DNA of 64,000 bases, from assembly GCA_030390025.1 (NCBI GenBank), contig CM059432.1:28026001-28090000 (forward strand), in the 5' to 3' direction. The notes under the pieces are model-generated. The model worked only from the letters and a program-made list of their open reading frames with translations, was not told where the DNA came from and did no database searches. Every line of letters begins with the position of its first letter. Position 1 is the first letter of the stretch. Shown in pieces: positions 21,963 to 36,100 of the stretch. Both the position numbers and the translations under genes were made by a program. This DNA comes from Squalus acanthias (taxonomy: Eukaryota).

Positions 21963-24900
21963 GGAATCGAATAACTAGGGCTGTGGAGAGGGCTTTAAAC
22001 TAATTAGTGGGGGGGAGGTTTCAAGAGAGCAAAAAATAAAAATGACAACAGAGAGGGTCATAGACATAGGTAGCAGTAGGGGAATCACAAATCAGAGCGT
22101 GGCAGGAAGGGACAGAGTGTGTGGAGTAAAAGGTAAAGTGGTAAAAAGTGAAAAAGCAGGAACTAAGTGCCACAAAGCATATTTGAAAGTTCTCTATCTG
22201 AATGCACGTAGCATTCGTAACAAAATAGACGAGTTAATGGCACAAATAACTACATATGGTTATGATATTGTGGCCATTACAGAAACATGGCTGCAGGGTG
22301 ACAATGCCTGGGAATTAAACATACCAGGTTATTTAACGATCAGGAAGGACAGGCAGGAAGGAAGGGGAGGTGGGGTGGCTATGTTAATAAAGGAAGGAAT
22401 CACTGTAATACAGAGTAATGATATTGGGTCAAAAAATCATGATAATGAAACAGTTTGGGTGGAGATAAGGAATAATAAGGGGAAAAAAACACTAGTGGGC
22501 GTAGTCTATAGGCCTCCGAACAGTTGCAACTCTGTTGGGCGGAGTATCAATCAGGAAATAGTTGAGGCATGTAATAAGGGAACATCTATAATTATGGGGG
22601 ATTTTAACTATCATATTAATTGGACAAATCAAATGGGGCAGGGCTGCCTTGAGGATGAGTTCATTGAGTGTATTAGGGATGGGTTTCTTGAGCAGTATGT
22701 AACTGAACCGACCAGGGGGCAAGCAACCTTAGATCTGGTCCTGTGTAACGAGACAGGATTAATTAAAAATGTCCTAGTAAAGGATCCCCTTGGAATGAGT
22801 GACCATAACATGGTTGAATTCCATATTCAATTAGAGGGTGAGAAGGTTGGATCTCAAACAAGCGTGCTAAGCTTGAATAAAGGAGACTATGAAGGTATGC
22901 GAGCGGAATTGAGTAGAGTGGATTGGGAAAATAGATTAAAGGGTAAGACGACACATGATCAGTGGTGTACATTCAAGGAGTTATTTTACAACTTCCAAAA
23001 AAAATACATTCCACTGAAAAGAAAAGGGTGTAAAAGAAAGGACAGTCATCCGTGGCTAAGTAAAGAAATTAAGGATAGTATTCGACTAAAAACAAGGGCA
23101 TATAAGGTAGCGAAATCTAGTGGGAGGACAGAGGATTGGGAAAACTTTAAAAGGCAGCAAAAAATAACAAAAAGATTGATTAAGAAAGGGAAGATAGATT
23201 ATGAAAGTAAATTAGCAAAAAATATAAAAACAGATAGTAAGAGTTTTTATAGTTATATAAAAAGTAAAAGGGTGGCTAAAGTAAATGTTGGTCCCTTAGA
23301 GGATGAGACCGGGAAATTAATGGTGGGAAATATGGAGATGGCAAAAACACTGAATGAATATTTTGTATCAGTCTTTACAGTAGAGGACACTAAGAATATC
23401 CCAACACTGGACAAACAGGGGGCTATAGGGGGAGAGGAGCTAAACACGATCAAAATCACTAAGGAAGTGGTACTCGGTAAAATAATGGGACTCAAGGCGG
23501 ATAAATCACCTGGACCTGATGGCTTACATCCTAGAGTCTTGAAGGAAGTGGCGGTAGGGATTGTAGATGCATTGGTAATAATTTTTCAAAACTCCCTGGA
23601 TTCCGCTAAGGTCCTGGCAGACTGGAAAACTGCTAATGTAACACCCTTATTTAAAAAGGGCAGTAGACAGAAGGCTGGTAACTATAGACCGGTTAGCCTA
23701 ACATCTGTGGTAGGTAAAATTTTGGAGTCCATTATTAAGGAAACAGTAACAGGACATTTGGATAATCATAATTTAATAGGACAAAGTCAGCATGGTTTTA
23801 CGAAGGGGAAGTCATGTTTGACAAATTTGCTGGAGTTCTTTGAGGAAGTAACATATAGAGTGGATAAAGGGGAACCAGTGGACGTAGTGTATTTAGACTT
23901 CCAAAAGGCATTTGACAAGGTGCCACACAAAAGATTATTGCTTAAGGTAAAAAATCACGGGATTGGGGGTAATATTCTGGCATGGATAGAGGATTGGCTA
24001 TCTAACAGAAAGCAAAGAGTTGGGATAAATGGTTCATTCTCAGACTGGTAATCAGTAACTAGTGGTGTTCCACAGGGGTCAGTGCTGGGTCCCCAACTCT
24101 TTACAATCTATATTAACGATTTGGAGGAAGGGACCAAGTGTAACATATCAAAATTTGCAGATGATACAAAGATGGGAGGGAAAGTAGTGAGTGAGGAGGA
24201 CATAAAAAACCTGCAAGGGGACATAGACAGGCTAAGTAAGTGGGCAGAGATTTGGCAGATGGAATACAACACTGGAAAGTGTGAGGTGATGCACTTTGGC
24301 AGGAAAAATCCTAGAGCAATTTATTATCTTAATGGCAAGAAACTGGAGAGTACTGAAGTGCAAAGGGATCTGGGGGTCCTGGTGCACGAAACTCAAAAGG
24401 TTAGTATGCAGGTGCAGCAAGTGATTAAGAAGGCAAATGGAATGTTGGCTTTCATTGCTAGGGGGATAGAATATAAAAATAGGGAGGTATTGCTTCAGTT
24501 GTACAAGGTATTGGTGAGACCGCACCTGGAATACTGCATACAGTTTTGGTGTCCTTACTTAAGGAAAGACATCCTTGCTCTCGAGGCAGTGCAAAAAAGG
24601 TTCACTCGGTTAATCCCGGGGATGAGGGGGTGGTCATATGAGGAGAGGTTGGGTAGATTGGGACTCTACTCATTGGAGTTCAGAAGAATGAGAGGCGATC
24701 TTATTGAAACATATAAGATTGTGAAGGGGTTAGATCGGGTGGATGCGGGGAGGATGTTCCCGATGACGGGTGAGACTAGAACTAGGGGACATAGTCTTAG
24801 AATAAGGGGCTGCTCTTTCAAAACTGAGATGAGGAGGAACTACTTCACTCAGAGGGTGGTAGGTCCATGGAATATGCTGCCACAAAAAGCTGTAGAAGCT

Positions 24901-25224
24901 ACATCATTAAATAAATTTAAAACAGAAATAGACAGTTTCCTAGAAGTAAAGGGCATTAAGGGTTACGGGGAGCGGGCAGGAATTTGGACATGAGTCTAGG
25001 TTCGGATCGGTCATGGCCCTGTGGGTAGTGGAGCGGGCCCAGGGACTGTGTAGCCTGATTCTGCTCCTATTTCGTGTGTGCAATTCTGTTAGATGCAGGA
25101 GATGGTTCTGTGATAGATAGTAGATTGGCGGTTAGGATCAGATCAGCCATGATCTTATTGAATGGCGGAGCAGGCTCGAGGGGCCGATTGGCCTACTCCT
25201 GCTCCTATTTCTTATGTTCTTATG
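21963..25224 (+). mobile_element. Young CR1 LINE: ORF1 tip, full-length ORF2 (22042-24993) with one premature stop, 3' UTR and tail
   Basis: APE endonuclease (YLNARSI, ITETW, VYRPP, MGDFN, SDH) and RT (DFQKAFD, FADD); in-frame TAA at 24049-24051; (ttcttatg)n tail. Confidence 0.96.
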
Positions 25225-25524
25225 TAGGAAGGGAAAACTGAGGGAGGTAAAGAATTTGGAGTTCCTGGGAAGGAATGAGGTAGAGTAGGAGACTCTTCCT
25301 GCATTGAGACATATCACAATTTCGTTTCACTTCAGACCCTTAGTAGCTATCAGAAAGCGAGAAGCCTCAGTTCGTCTGAGATCTGCAAATGTAACACATG
25401 TGCACCACACATCTCCTGACTAGAAATATATTAACCACACAGGTTTCCTTTATATCAGAGCTGTGGTGAGTTGAACATGAAGATACCTTTCACAGGTTAT
25501 TGGTGTGAAATTTTGCATACTGTT

Positions 25525-25800
25525 TTAAATTCATTCTCAGGATGTGGGTGATGCTGGCAAGGCTGGCATTCATTGCCCATCCCGAGTTGCCCTTGAGAAA
25601 GAGGTAGTGGGCCTTCTTCTTCAACATGCAGTCCATGTGATGAAGGTGCTCCCACAATGCTGTTAGGTAGGGAGTTCCAGGATTTTGATCCAGTGACGAT
25701 GAATGAACAGCGATCTATGTCAGGATGGTGTGTGCCTTGGAGGGGAACTTGGAGGTATGGTGTTCCCATGTACCTGCTGCCCTTGTCCTTCTAGGTGGTG
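25525..25800 (-). mobile_element. 3' end of the CR1/L2-clade LINE family also seen at 31105
   Basis: ggatgtgggtgatgctggcaaggctggcatt...ttgagaa...gagttccaggattttga matches 31115-31390 and 54360-54800. Confidence 0.75.
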
Positions 25801-26154
25801 GAGGTCTTGCTGAGGTACAGTTCTATGGGTCCTGGATGCCCTCCAGTTCCTCAGTGGTGGACAGACAGCCTAGACAGTGAGTGTCAGCAGATTATTTGAC
25901 CACGGAGGACTATTCTGGCCTTACCTCATGATCACACTTCCCGCAGGTCAGCGGAAAAGCTTTCTGACATTTGTTCCTCTTCTTAGCCTAAGGGAAGTAG
26001 TCTATGCTCTATCTAAGATGAGCTCATACAGCACAGATGAAGGATTGAAACTTGGTTCCTCTGGTTTGAATATAAGCTTTATCCCTGTTTACTTAAACCA
26101 CATCATTCAGGGTGTCCCTCTCAAGACAACAAGAAAGGACCAAGTAATCTATTC

Positions 26155-29010
26155 ATAGAATCATAGAATCATAGAATGGTTACAGCACAGAAGGAGGCCA
26201 TTCGGCCTGTCGAGCCCATGCCAGATCTCTGCAAGAGCACTTCAGCTAGTCCCATTCCGGGCCCTTTCCCTGTAGCCCTGCAATTTTTTTTCCTTCAGGT
26301 ACTTATCCAATTCCCTTTTGAAAGCCACAATTGAATCTGCCTCCACCACCCTTTCAGGCAGTGAATACCAGATCCTAACCACTTGCTGTGTAAAAAAAGT
26401 TTTTTTTCATGTCACCGTTGGTTTTTCTGCTAATCACCTTAAATCTGTGTCCTCTGGTTCTCGACCCTTCCGCCAATGGGAACAGTTTCTCTCTATCTAC
26501 TCTGTCTAGACCCCTCATGATTTTGAACAACGCTAGCAAATCCACTCCCAACCTTCGCAGCTTCTCTAGTCTATCCGCATAACTGAAGTCCCTCATCCCT
26601 GGAATAATTCTCGTAAATCTTTTCTGCTCCCTCTCTAAGGCCTTCACATCCTTCCTAAAGTGCGGTGCCCAGAATTGGACATAATATTCCAGTGTTTTAT
26701 ACAGGTTCGTCATAACTTCTTTTCCTCTATTTTTGAAGCCCAGGATCCCATATGCTTTTTCAACCTGCCCTGCCACCTTCAACAATTTGTGCACATACAA
26801 CCCCAGGTCTCTGTTCATGCACCCACTTTAGGATTGTACCCTTTAGTTTATATTGCCTCTCCTCGTTCTTCCTACCAAAATGTATTACTTTGTACTTTTC
26901 TGCGTTAAATTTCATCTGCCACGTGTCTGCCCATCCCACAAGCCTGTCTATGTCTTCTTGAAGTCTATCACTATCCTCCTCACTGTTCACTATACAGGAA
27001 ACTTTCGTTTATCCGGCATCGACGGGACCGGCGTGGTGCCGGTTTATCGAAAGTACCGGATAACAGAGAGTTATATCTACCGAGGCTATTTTTAACAAAG
27101 AGACTCCAAGCAGCACGGGAGAATCTACTCATGCTACTGCAATGTTTCGGACTTGCGACAGCGCCAGGAGGCCGAGTAGTGGCACTTTTGAAAAGTACCC
27201 CTACTGACTAAATCGGCGTTCTCGGACTCGGGATCGGCAACATTGCCGGTTATTTGAGAGGATTTTTCGGAGCACTCGGCGTTCGCGGAGACTCGACTGC
27301 GACTCGGCAACATTGCCGGTTATTTGAGAGGAGTTTTCGGAGGATGATTTTTGCCGGTTAAGCGAGAATTCCGGATATTTGGGTGCCGGATAAACGAAAG
27401 TTTCCTGTACTTCCAAGTTTTGTGTCATTTGCAAATTTTGAAATTGTGTCCTGTACACTCAAGTCCAAATCATTGACATATATCAAGAAAAACAGTGATC
27501 CTAGTACCGACCCCTGGGAAATACCACTGTATACCTTCCTCCAGTCTGAAAAACAACCGTTCATCACTACTCTCTGTTTCCTGTCACTTAGCCAATTTTG
27601 TATCCATGCTGCCACTGTCCCTTTTATTCCAATGGGCTTCAATTTTGCTGGCACTTTATCTCTGTTACCTCATCAAAAAACTCGATCAAGTTAGTTAAAC
27701 ACGATTTGCCGTTAACAAATCCGTGCTGGCTTTCCTGAATTAATCCACACTTGTCCAAGTGATTGTTAATTTTGTCATAGATTATCATTTCTAAAAGCTT
27801 CCCCACTACCGAGGTTAAACTGACTGGCCTGTAGTTGCTGGGTTTATCCTTACACCCTTTTTTTGAACAAGGGTGTTACAGTTGCAATTCTCCAGTCCTC
27901 TGGTACCACCCCATATCTAAGGAGGATTGGAAGATTATGGCCAGTACTTCCGCAATTTCCACCTTTACTTCCCTTAGCATCCTAGGATGCATCCCATCTG
28001 GTTCTCGTGACTTATCTACTTTAAGTACAGCCAGCCTTCCTAGTACTTCCTCTTTATCAATTTTTATCCCATCCAGTATCTCAACTACCTCCTCTTTCAC
28101 TATGACTTTGGCAGCATCTTATTACTTCGTAAAGACAGATGCAAAGTATTCATTTAGTACCTCAGCCATACCCTCTACCTCCATGCGCAGGTCTTCTTTT
28201 TGGTCCCTAATTGGCCCCACCCCTCCTCTTACTACCCGTTTACTATTTATATGCCTATAGAAGGCTTTTGGATTCTCTTTTATGTTAGCTGCCAATCTAT
28301 TCCCATACTCTGTCTTTGCCCCTCTTATTTCCTTTTTCACTTCCCCTCTGAACTTTCTATGTTCAGCTTGGCTCTCACTTGTATTCTCAACCTGACATCT
28401 GTCATACGTCCCCTTTTTCTGCTTCATCTTACTCTCTATCTCTTTTGTCATCCAGGGTGCTCTGACTTTGGTTGTCCTACCTTTCCCCCTCGTGGAAATG
28501 TACCTAGACTGTACCCAAACCATCTCCTCTTTAAAGGCAGCCCATTGTTTAATTACAGTTTTGCCTGCCAAACTTTGATTCCAATTTACCTGGGCCAGAT
28601 CCATTCTCAACCCACTGAAATTGGCCTTCCTCCAATTAAGTATTTTTACTCTCGTTTGCTCCCTGTCCTTTTCCATAGCTAATCTAAACCATATGATACT
28701 GTGATCACTGTTCCCTAAATGTACCCCTACTGACACTTGCTCCACTTGACCCACCTCATTCTCCATAACCAGATCCAGCAATGCCTCCTCCTCGTTGGGC
28801 CGGAAACATACTGATCAAGAAAGTTCTCCTGAACACACTTCAGAAATTCTTCCCCCTCTCTGCCCTTTACTCTACTACTATGAGAGTCTATATTAGGATA
28901 GTTGAAGTCCCCCATTATCACAACTCTATAGTTCTTGCACCTCTCTGTCATTTCCCTGCAAATTTGCTCCTCTATATCCTTCCCACTACTTGGTGGCCTA
29001 TAGAATACAC
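26155..29010 (-). mobile_element. Degraded CR1 LINE with internal deletions
   Basis: (catagaat)n tail at 26155; fragmented EN (MGDFNYP) and RT (GISQGSVLG, KFANDTK) ORFs. Confidence 0.9.
26995..27407. mobile_element. Tc1/mariner-superfamily (Tigger/pogo-like) MITE inserted in CR1
   Basis: 24-bp TIRs caggaaactttcgtttatccggca / tgccggataaacgaaagtttcctg, TA TSD. Confidence 0.85.
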
Positions 29011-30084
29011 CTAGTGCACCTCTAACCTATAGGGGTGCAATATTTAATGACCAATGGGTGGCAGTGAGTCTCGGGATCTAATTCATTCACTCTCAAACTT
29101 CCACTGGTGGGACATCATAAATTGCGGCAGTGTCACTTTCAGAGGGCGTGACAGATTGGTGGCAGAAACATAAGTTATGAATGCAAATGACAAAAGTTGA
29201 AAGATAAAAACCATTAAGAAAGCATAAAATCTGGAAGAGAGTACACATGCCCAAGAAGTCATGTATAGCACGCTCTTGGGATCTGGCGATGACATTTACG
29301 GATTGCTCATGCTTCACTCACACGGTTTACAGTGTAATCGTCCTCGCCCCCCCCCCATCCCCCCGCCCCCCACCCCCCGGCCTCCCTTAAGGGTTTTACA
29401 GCCTTGGAACAGACGTCCAGACATCTGCTATTCTCTATTTTGACTGAATAGGAGCCTAATGCCTGATAATTATCAATATCCTGTTACAGTTAATGCTTTG
29501 TAATGTATTGTGAAGCTAAATACAAAGGGGCAAGACACCTGCGATCCAAATCGTACGAGTGATGTTTGTCAGCACCTCTTTTTATTGCAAGGATGCCAAT
29601 GTCTCTCTTTTCATTTTTTTAAGCTATATGTTTTTCAGATTTTAACATATATATAAATGGACAGCTTTATTACAATTTTAGATTTTTACCTCAGATACCT
29701 TCCTCGCGCCAAAGACAACTCCTGTTATGTGAGCTCTCGCTTGCTATGAATCAGAGTGTGCCTTCCTATGCCTGATATCTGATAACCGTTGCGAGCCCAA
29801 GTCTCAAACAAAAACCCATGTCACAGTATTTGGTTTACCAAGCAAGACTTCGGAAGGTGGTAGAATAAACACCCCATTAGACCATAGCTTCGGCGACCAA
29901 AGGAGATGTATTAATAATAAATAGATAAGGAAACAGCGGCAAAAACAGAAACAGTTATAGTAAATCACATAAAACATGATGATTCCTCGTTGAAATATAG
30001 AAAATAACAAGCAATTTAATTTCTTCACTAAACCTCACAGTAAAACCAGAACCAGAAAAAAAAAAGGGATAAAATGTCCCTCCA

Positions 30085-30682
30085 TGGAGGTTTCAGAAGG
30101 CTGGCGAGTGCACTGGCCAGCTACTCGAGGGTTTTTTGAGGGCCAGTCCTCACTAACATAGGGCTGGCAGGGTAAGGACAGAAAACGAGGAGCCCTGGGC
30201 AGTCCACTGTCTCCAAGTAGCTGCAGTACCAGGCTGCTCGGCCAGTTTCCAGGCCTGGAAAATGGTAGGTCTGGGGGTGGGCTGTCCATTTTTGGGAGGT
30301 GGGAGACCTAGTGCGGCAGCGGCCCATGATGTTTTTGCACCTCTGCTCCTCCCATCCCCACAAAAATAAATTAAAACTTAAATTCCGTGGTCTTTGGCTG
30401 GGCAGCCAGTTGAAACTGTGCCGAGCATGCACGATGTACTCTCCACCTAGTTGAGTCCTAAAATGTTAAATTGGGCCCGACATACATCATAGGACCCCGA
30501 TTTGCATATTAACAGGGCCGACTGCCTGACTCAAGTGGCCGCTCTGGCCACCCAAAAGTAGTCTTTTGGGAATATAGCATCGGCCACACTGTCACCAGGA
30601 ATGGGACGGTAAGTCATACCCCACCATTTTCGCGGTGCTACCGCCCTGTTTCCGCCGGATGAGACACCTCAAAATCACCCCC
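30085..30682. mobile_element. Probable Harbinger-type MITE fragment (one end only)
   Basis: GC-rich block ending aaaatcaccccc, like the other G5-TIR ends in the window; partner TIR not seen. Confidence 0.4.
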
Positions 30683-33020
30683 AAAGTCCTTGACCATAAT
30701 ATTACATTGATGGTCGCTGCTTCTCTTCCAAGAAGCCTCCTGGTTCTCTTAGCAGGTCATGATACACTTCACAATTCCTTTAAATTCCACTCGGACCAAA
30801 GGAAATCAAATATGTATCTCTTCTGATTGCATCAGGCTATCAGGCAGCGATAGGATGGCACACAGAAAGGATATTTGCTGGTCAACGTAACCTCTTGCAC
30901 CGTTTGAAGTTTATATCTGTGATGCCGAGTACTAGCTCTTATACAGATAATATCAATGACACTCCTGTCCAGAATAACACAAATGACTTTAGACTTAATA
31001 CTAATATTAAAACCACTTATTGTTTCAGTGTAGCAATCCACAGTCACATCAGATCTGTTCCCGTACTGTATTGTATCAGCTAGACTGGGTCATTGCTTTA
31101 CTTTTTTTTATTTGTTCCTGGGATGTGGGAATCGCTGGCAAGGCCAGCATTTATTGCCATCCCTAATTGCCCTTGAGAAGGTGGTGGTGAGCCGCCTTCT
31201 TGAATCGCTGCAGTCCGTGTGGTGAAGGTACTCCCACAGTGCTGTTAGGGAGGGAGTTCCAGGATTTTGACCCAGCGACGATGAAGGAACGGCGATATAT
31301 TTCCAAGTCAGGATGGTGTGTGACTTGGAGGGGAACTTGGAGGTGATGGTGCTCCCATGCGCCTGCTGCCCTTGTCCTTCTAGGTGGTAGAAGTCGCGGG
31401 TTTGGGAGGTGCTATCGAAGAAGATATGGCAAGTTGTTGCAGTGCATCTTGTAGATAGTACACACTGCAGCCACGGTGCGCCGGTGGTGGAGGGAGTGAA
31501 TGTTTAAGGTGGTGGATGGGGTGCCAATCAAGTGGGCTGCTTTGTCCTAGATGGTGTCGAGCTTCTTTAGTGTTGTAGGAGCAGCATTCATCCAGGAAAG
31601 TGGAGAGTATTCCATCACACTCCTGACTTATGCCTTGTAGATGGTGGAAAGGCTTTTGGGAGTCAGGAGGTGAGATACTCGCCACAGAATATCCAGCCTC
31701 TGACCTGCTCTTGCTGTCACAGGTATCTATGTGGCTGGTCCAGTTAAGTTTCTGGTCAATGGTGACCCCCAGGATGTTGATGGTGGGGGATTCGGTGATG
31801 GTAATGCCGCTTAATGTCAAGGGGTGGTGGTTAGACTCTTTCTTGTTGGAGATAGTCATTGCCTGGCACTTGTGTGGCGCGAATATTACTTGCCACTTAT
31901 CAGCCCAAGAATGCTGTCCAGGTCTTGCTGCATGCGGGCATGGACTGATTCATTATCTGGCGAGTTGCGAATGGAACTGAACACTGCAATCATCAGCAAA
32001 TATCCCACTTCTGACCTTATGTTGGAGGGAAGGTCATTGATGAAGCAGCTGAAGATGGTTGTTTCTAGGACACTGCCCTGAGGAACTCCTGCAGCGATGT
32101 CCTGGGGCTGTGATGATTGACCTCCAACAACCACAACCATCTTCCTTTGTGCTAGATATGACTCCAACCAGTGGAGAGTTTTCCCCCTGATTCCCATTGA
32201 CTTCAATTTTACTAGGGCTCCTTGATGCCACACTCAGTCAAATGCTGCCTTGATGTCAAGGGCAGTCACTCTCACCTCACCTCTGGAATTCAGCTCTTTT
32301 GTCCATGTTTGGACCAAGGCTGCAATGAGGTCAGGAGCCAAGTGGTCTTGGCAGAACTGGGCATCAGTGAGCAGGTTATTGGTGAGTAAGTGCCGCTTGA
32401 TTGCACTGTTGGTGACACCTTCCATCACTTTGCTGATGATTGAGAGTAGACTGATGGGGCGGTAATTGGCCAGGTTGGATTTGTCCTGCTTTTTGTGGAC
32501 AGGACATACCTGATCAGTTTTCCACAATGTCGGATAGATGCCAGTACTGTAGCTGTCCTGGAACAGCTTGGCTAGTTCTGGAGCACGTCCTCAGCACGAC
32601 AGCCGGGATGTTGTTTTGGCCCACAGCCTTTGCTGTATCCAGTGTGCTCAGCCATTTCTTGATATCACGTGGAGTGAATCGAATTGGCTGAAGACTGGCT
32701 TCTGTAATGGTGGGCACGTCAGGAGGAGGCCGATATGGATCATCCACTTGGTACTTCTGGCTGAGGATAGTTGCAAACGCTTCAGCCTTGTCTTTTGCAC
32801 TCGCGGGCTGGGATGAGGATGGGGATATTCATTGTGCCTCCTCCTCCCGTCAGTTGTTTAATGGTCCACCACCATTCATGACTGGATGTGGCACGACTGC
32901 AGAGCTTTGATCTGATCCATTGATTGTGGGATCGCTTAGCTCTGTCTATAGCATGCTGCTTCCACTGTTTAGCATGCATGTGGTCCTGTGTTGCAGCTTC
33001 CCACCTCATTTTTAGTTATG

Positions 33021-33188
33021 ATAGCAAAATACTGCGGATGCTGGAAAATTGAAACAACAGCAGAAAACGCTGGAAAAACTCAGCAGGCCAGGCAACATCC
33101 GTGGAGAGAGAAACAGAGTTAACGTTTCAGGTCGAAACCCTTCATCAGAACTGAGAAAAAAGCAGGAAATGAAACAGATAAAAAAGCA
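33021..33188 (-). mobile_element. PLE 3' terminal (pseudo-LTR) segment, same family as 18828-20870
   Basis: Reverse complement is nearly identical to 20700-20868. Confidence 0.9.
33117..33152 (-). ncRNA. Minimal hammerhead ribozyme motif
   Basis: agtt-CTGATGA-a-gggt(ttcg)acct-GAAA-cg-tt-aact on the minus strand; canonical CUGAUGA core and UUCG loop. Confidence 0.72.
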
Positions 33189-33190
33189 TT

Positions 33191-36100
33191 TAGAAACATA
33201 GAAACATAGAAAATAGGTACAGGAGTAGACCATTCGGTCCTTCGAGCCTGCATCGCCATTCAATGCGTTCATGGCTGAACATGCTACCTCAGTACCCCAT
33301 TCCTGCTTTCTCGCCATACCCCTTGATCTCCCTAGTTGTGAGTGTAATATCTAACTCCCTTTTGAATATATTTAGCGAACTGGCCTCAACAACCTTCTGT
33401 GGAAGAGAATTCCATAGATTCCCCACTCTCTGGGTGAAGAAGTTCCTCCTCAGCTCAGTCTTAAATGGCTTCCCCTTAATCCTTAGACTGTGACCCCTGG
33501 TTCTAGTTTTCCCTAACATTGGGAACATTCTGCCCGCATCTAATTTGTCTAAACCAGTCAGGATTTTAAATGTCTCTATAAGATCCCCCCTCATTCTTCT
33601 GAACTCCAGAGGATACAAGTTCAGTTGACCCAATCTTTCTTGATATGTCAGTCCGGCCATCCCAGGAATCAATCTAGTGAACCTTCGCTGCACTCCCTCA
33701 ATAGCAAGAATGTCCTTCCTTAAGTTAGGAGACCAAAACTGCGCACAATACTCCAGGTGTGGCCTCACCAAGGCCCTGTACAACTGCAGCATCACCTCCC
33801 TACTCCTGTACTCAAATCCCCTTACTATGAAGGCCATCATTCCGTTTGCTTTCTTGACTGCCTGCTGCACTTGCATTCCCACCTTCAGTGACTGATGTAC
33901 CATGACGCCCAGGTCTCGTTGCACCTCCCCTTTCCCTAATCTGCCACCATTCAGGTAATAGTCCGCCTCTCTATTTTTACCACCAAAGTGGATAACCTCA
34001 CATTTATCCACATTGTACTTCATCTGCCATACATTTGCCCATTCACCCAACCTGTCCAAGTCACTCTGTAGCCTCCTAGCATCCTCCTCATTGTTCACAC
34101 TGCCTCCCAATTTAGTGTCATCCGCAAATTTGGAGATATTACATTTAATCCCTTCATCCAAATCATTAATATATAATGTAAACAGCTGGGGTCCCAGCAC
34201 CGAACCCTGCGGTACCCTGCTGGTCACTGCCTGCCATTCTGAAAAGTACCCATTTACTCCTACTCTTTGTTTCCTGTGTGCCAACCAATTCTCAATCCAC
34301 GTCAACACATTACCCCCAATCCCATGTGCTTTAACTTTGCTCACCAATCTCTTGTGTGGGACCTTGTCGAAGGCCTTCTGAAAGTCCAAATACACCACAT
34401 CTACTGGTTCCCCCCTGTCCACCCTATTGGAAACATCCTCAAAAAATTCCAGAAGATTTGTCAAGCATGATTTCCCTTTCACAAATCCATGCTGACTTGG
34501 ACCTATCATGTCGCCACTTTCCAAATGGTCTGTTATGACATCTTTAATAATTACTTCCATCATTTTACCCACGACCGATGTCAGGCTGACCGGTCTATAA
34601 TTCCCTGCTTTCTCCCTCCCTCCTTTTTTAAAAAGAGGGGTTACATTGGCCACCCTCCACTCCATCGGAACTGATCCAGAGTCTAAGGAATGTTGGAAAA
34701 TGATCGTCAATGCATCCACTATTTCCAAGGCCACCTCCTTAAGTACTCTGGGATGCAGACCATCAGGCCCCGGGGATTTTTCAGCCTTCAGTCCCATCAA
34801 TTTCCCCAATACCTTTTCCCGACTAATAAGGATTTCCCTCAGCTCCTCCCTCTTACCAGATCCTCTGACCCCTTTTATTTCCAGCAGGTTGTGTGTGTCC
34901 TCCACAGTAAATACCTAACCAAAGTACTTGTTCAATTGATCTGCCATTTCCTTGTTCCCCATTACGACTTCCCCTGTTTCCGACTGCAGGGAACCTACGT
35001 TTGTTTTTACTAACCTCTTTCTTTTTACATATTTATAGAAGCTTTTGCAGTCCATTTTAATGTTCTCTGCAAGCTTCCTTTCATATTTTATTTTCCCTGC
35101 CCTAATCAAACCCTTCGTCCTCCTCTGCTGAGTTTTGAAGTTCTCCCAGTCCCCGGGTTTGCTGCTACTTCTGGCCAATTTGTATGCAACTTCCTTGGTT
35201 TTAATACTATCCCTGATTTCCCTTGTTAGCCATGGTTGAGCCACCTTCCCTTTTTTATTTTTACGCCAGACCGGGATGTACAATTGTTGTAGTTCATCCA
35301 TGCGATGTCTAAATGTCTGCCATTGCCCTTCCACTGATAGCCCCTTAAATATCGCTTGCCAATTTAACCTCGCCAATTCACGCCTCATACCCTCAAAGTT
35401 GCCCTTATTTAAGTTCTGGACCATGGTCTCTGACTTAACTGTTTCCTTCTCCATCCTAATGTAGAACTCCACCATACTATGGTCACTCTTCCCCAGGGGG
35501 CCTCGTACCACAAGATTGCTGATTAGTCCTTCCTCATTACACAACACCCAGTCCAGGATGGCCTCCCCTCGAGTTGGTTCCTCAACATATTGGTTTAGGA
35601 AACCGTCCCTTAAACACTCCAGGAAATCCTCCTCCACCGTATTGCTTCCAGTTTGAGTAGCCCAATCTATATGCATATTAAAGTCACCCATGATAACTGC
35701 CGTGCCTTTTTTGCATGCACCTCTGATTTCCTGTTTCATACCCTCCCCCACCTCACTACTGCTGTTTGGAGGTCTGTACACAACTCCCACTAACGTTTTC
35801 TGCCCTTTGGTGTTCTGCAGCTCAACCCATATTGATTCCACATCCTCCAAGCTGATGTCCTTCCTAGCTATTGCATTAATCTCCTCTTTAACCAGCAATG
35901 CTACCCCACCCCCTTTTCCTTTTATTCTATCCTTTCTGAATGTTGAATACCCCTGGATGTTCAGTTCCCAGCCTTGATTGTTCTGGAGCCACGTCTCTGT
36001 AATCCCAATCACATCGTATCCGTTAACATCTATTTGCACAGTCAATTCATCCACCTTATTACGGATACTCCTTGCATTAAGACACAGAGCCTTTAGGCTT

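Noticed and set aside
29040..29960. Promoter or enhancer of a nested haematopoietic gene (GATA- and ETS-like words in unique sequence)
   Set aside because: Short motifs alone are not sufficient evidence without conservation or chromatin data.
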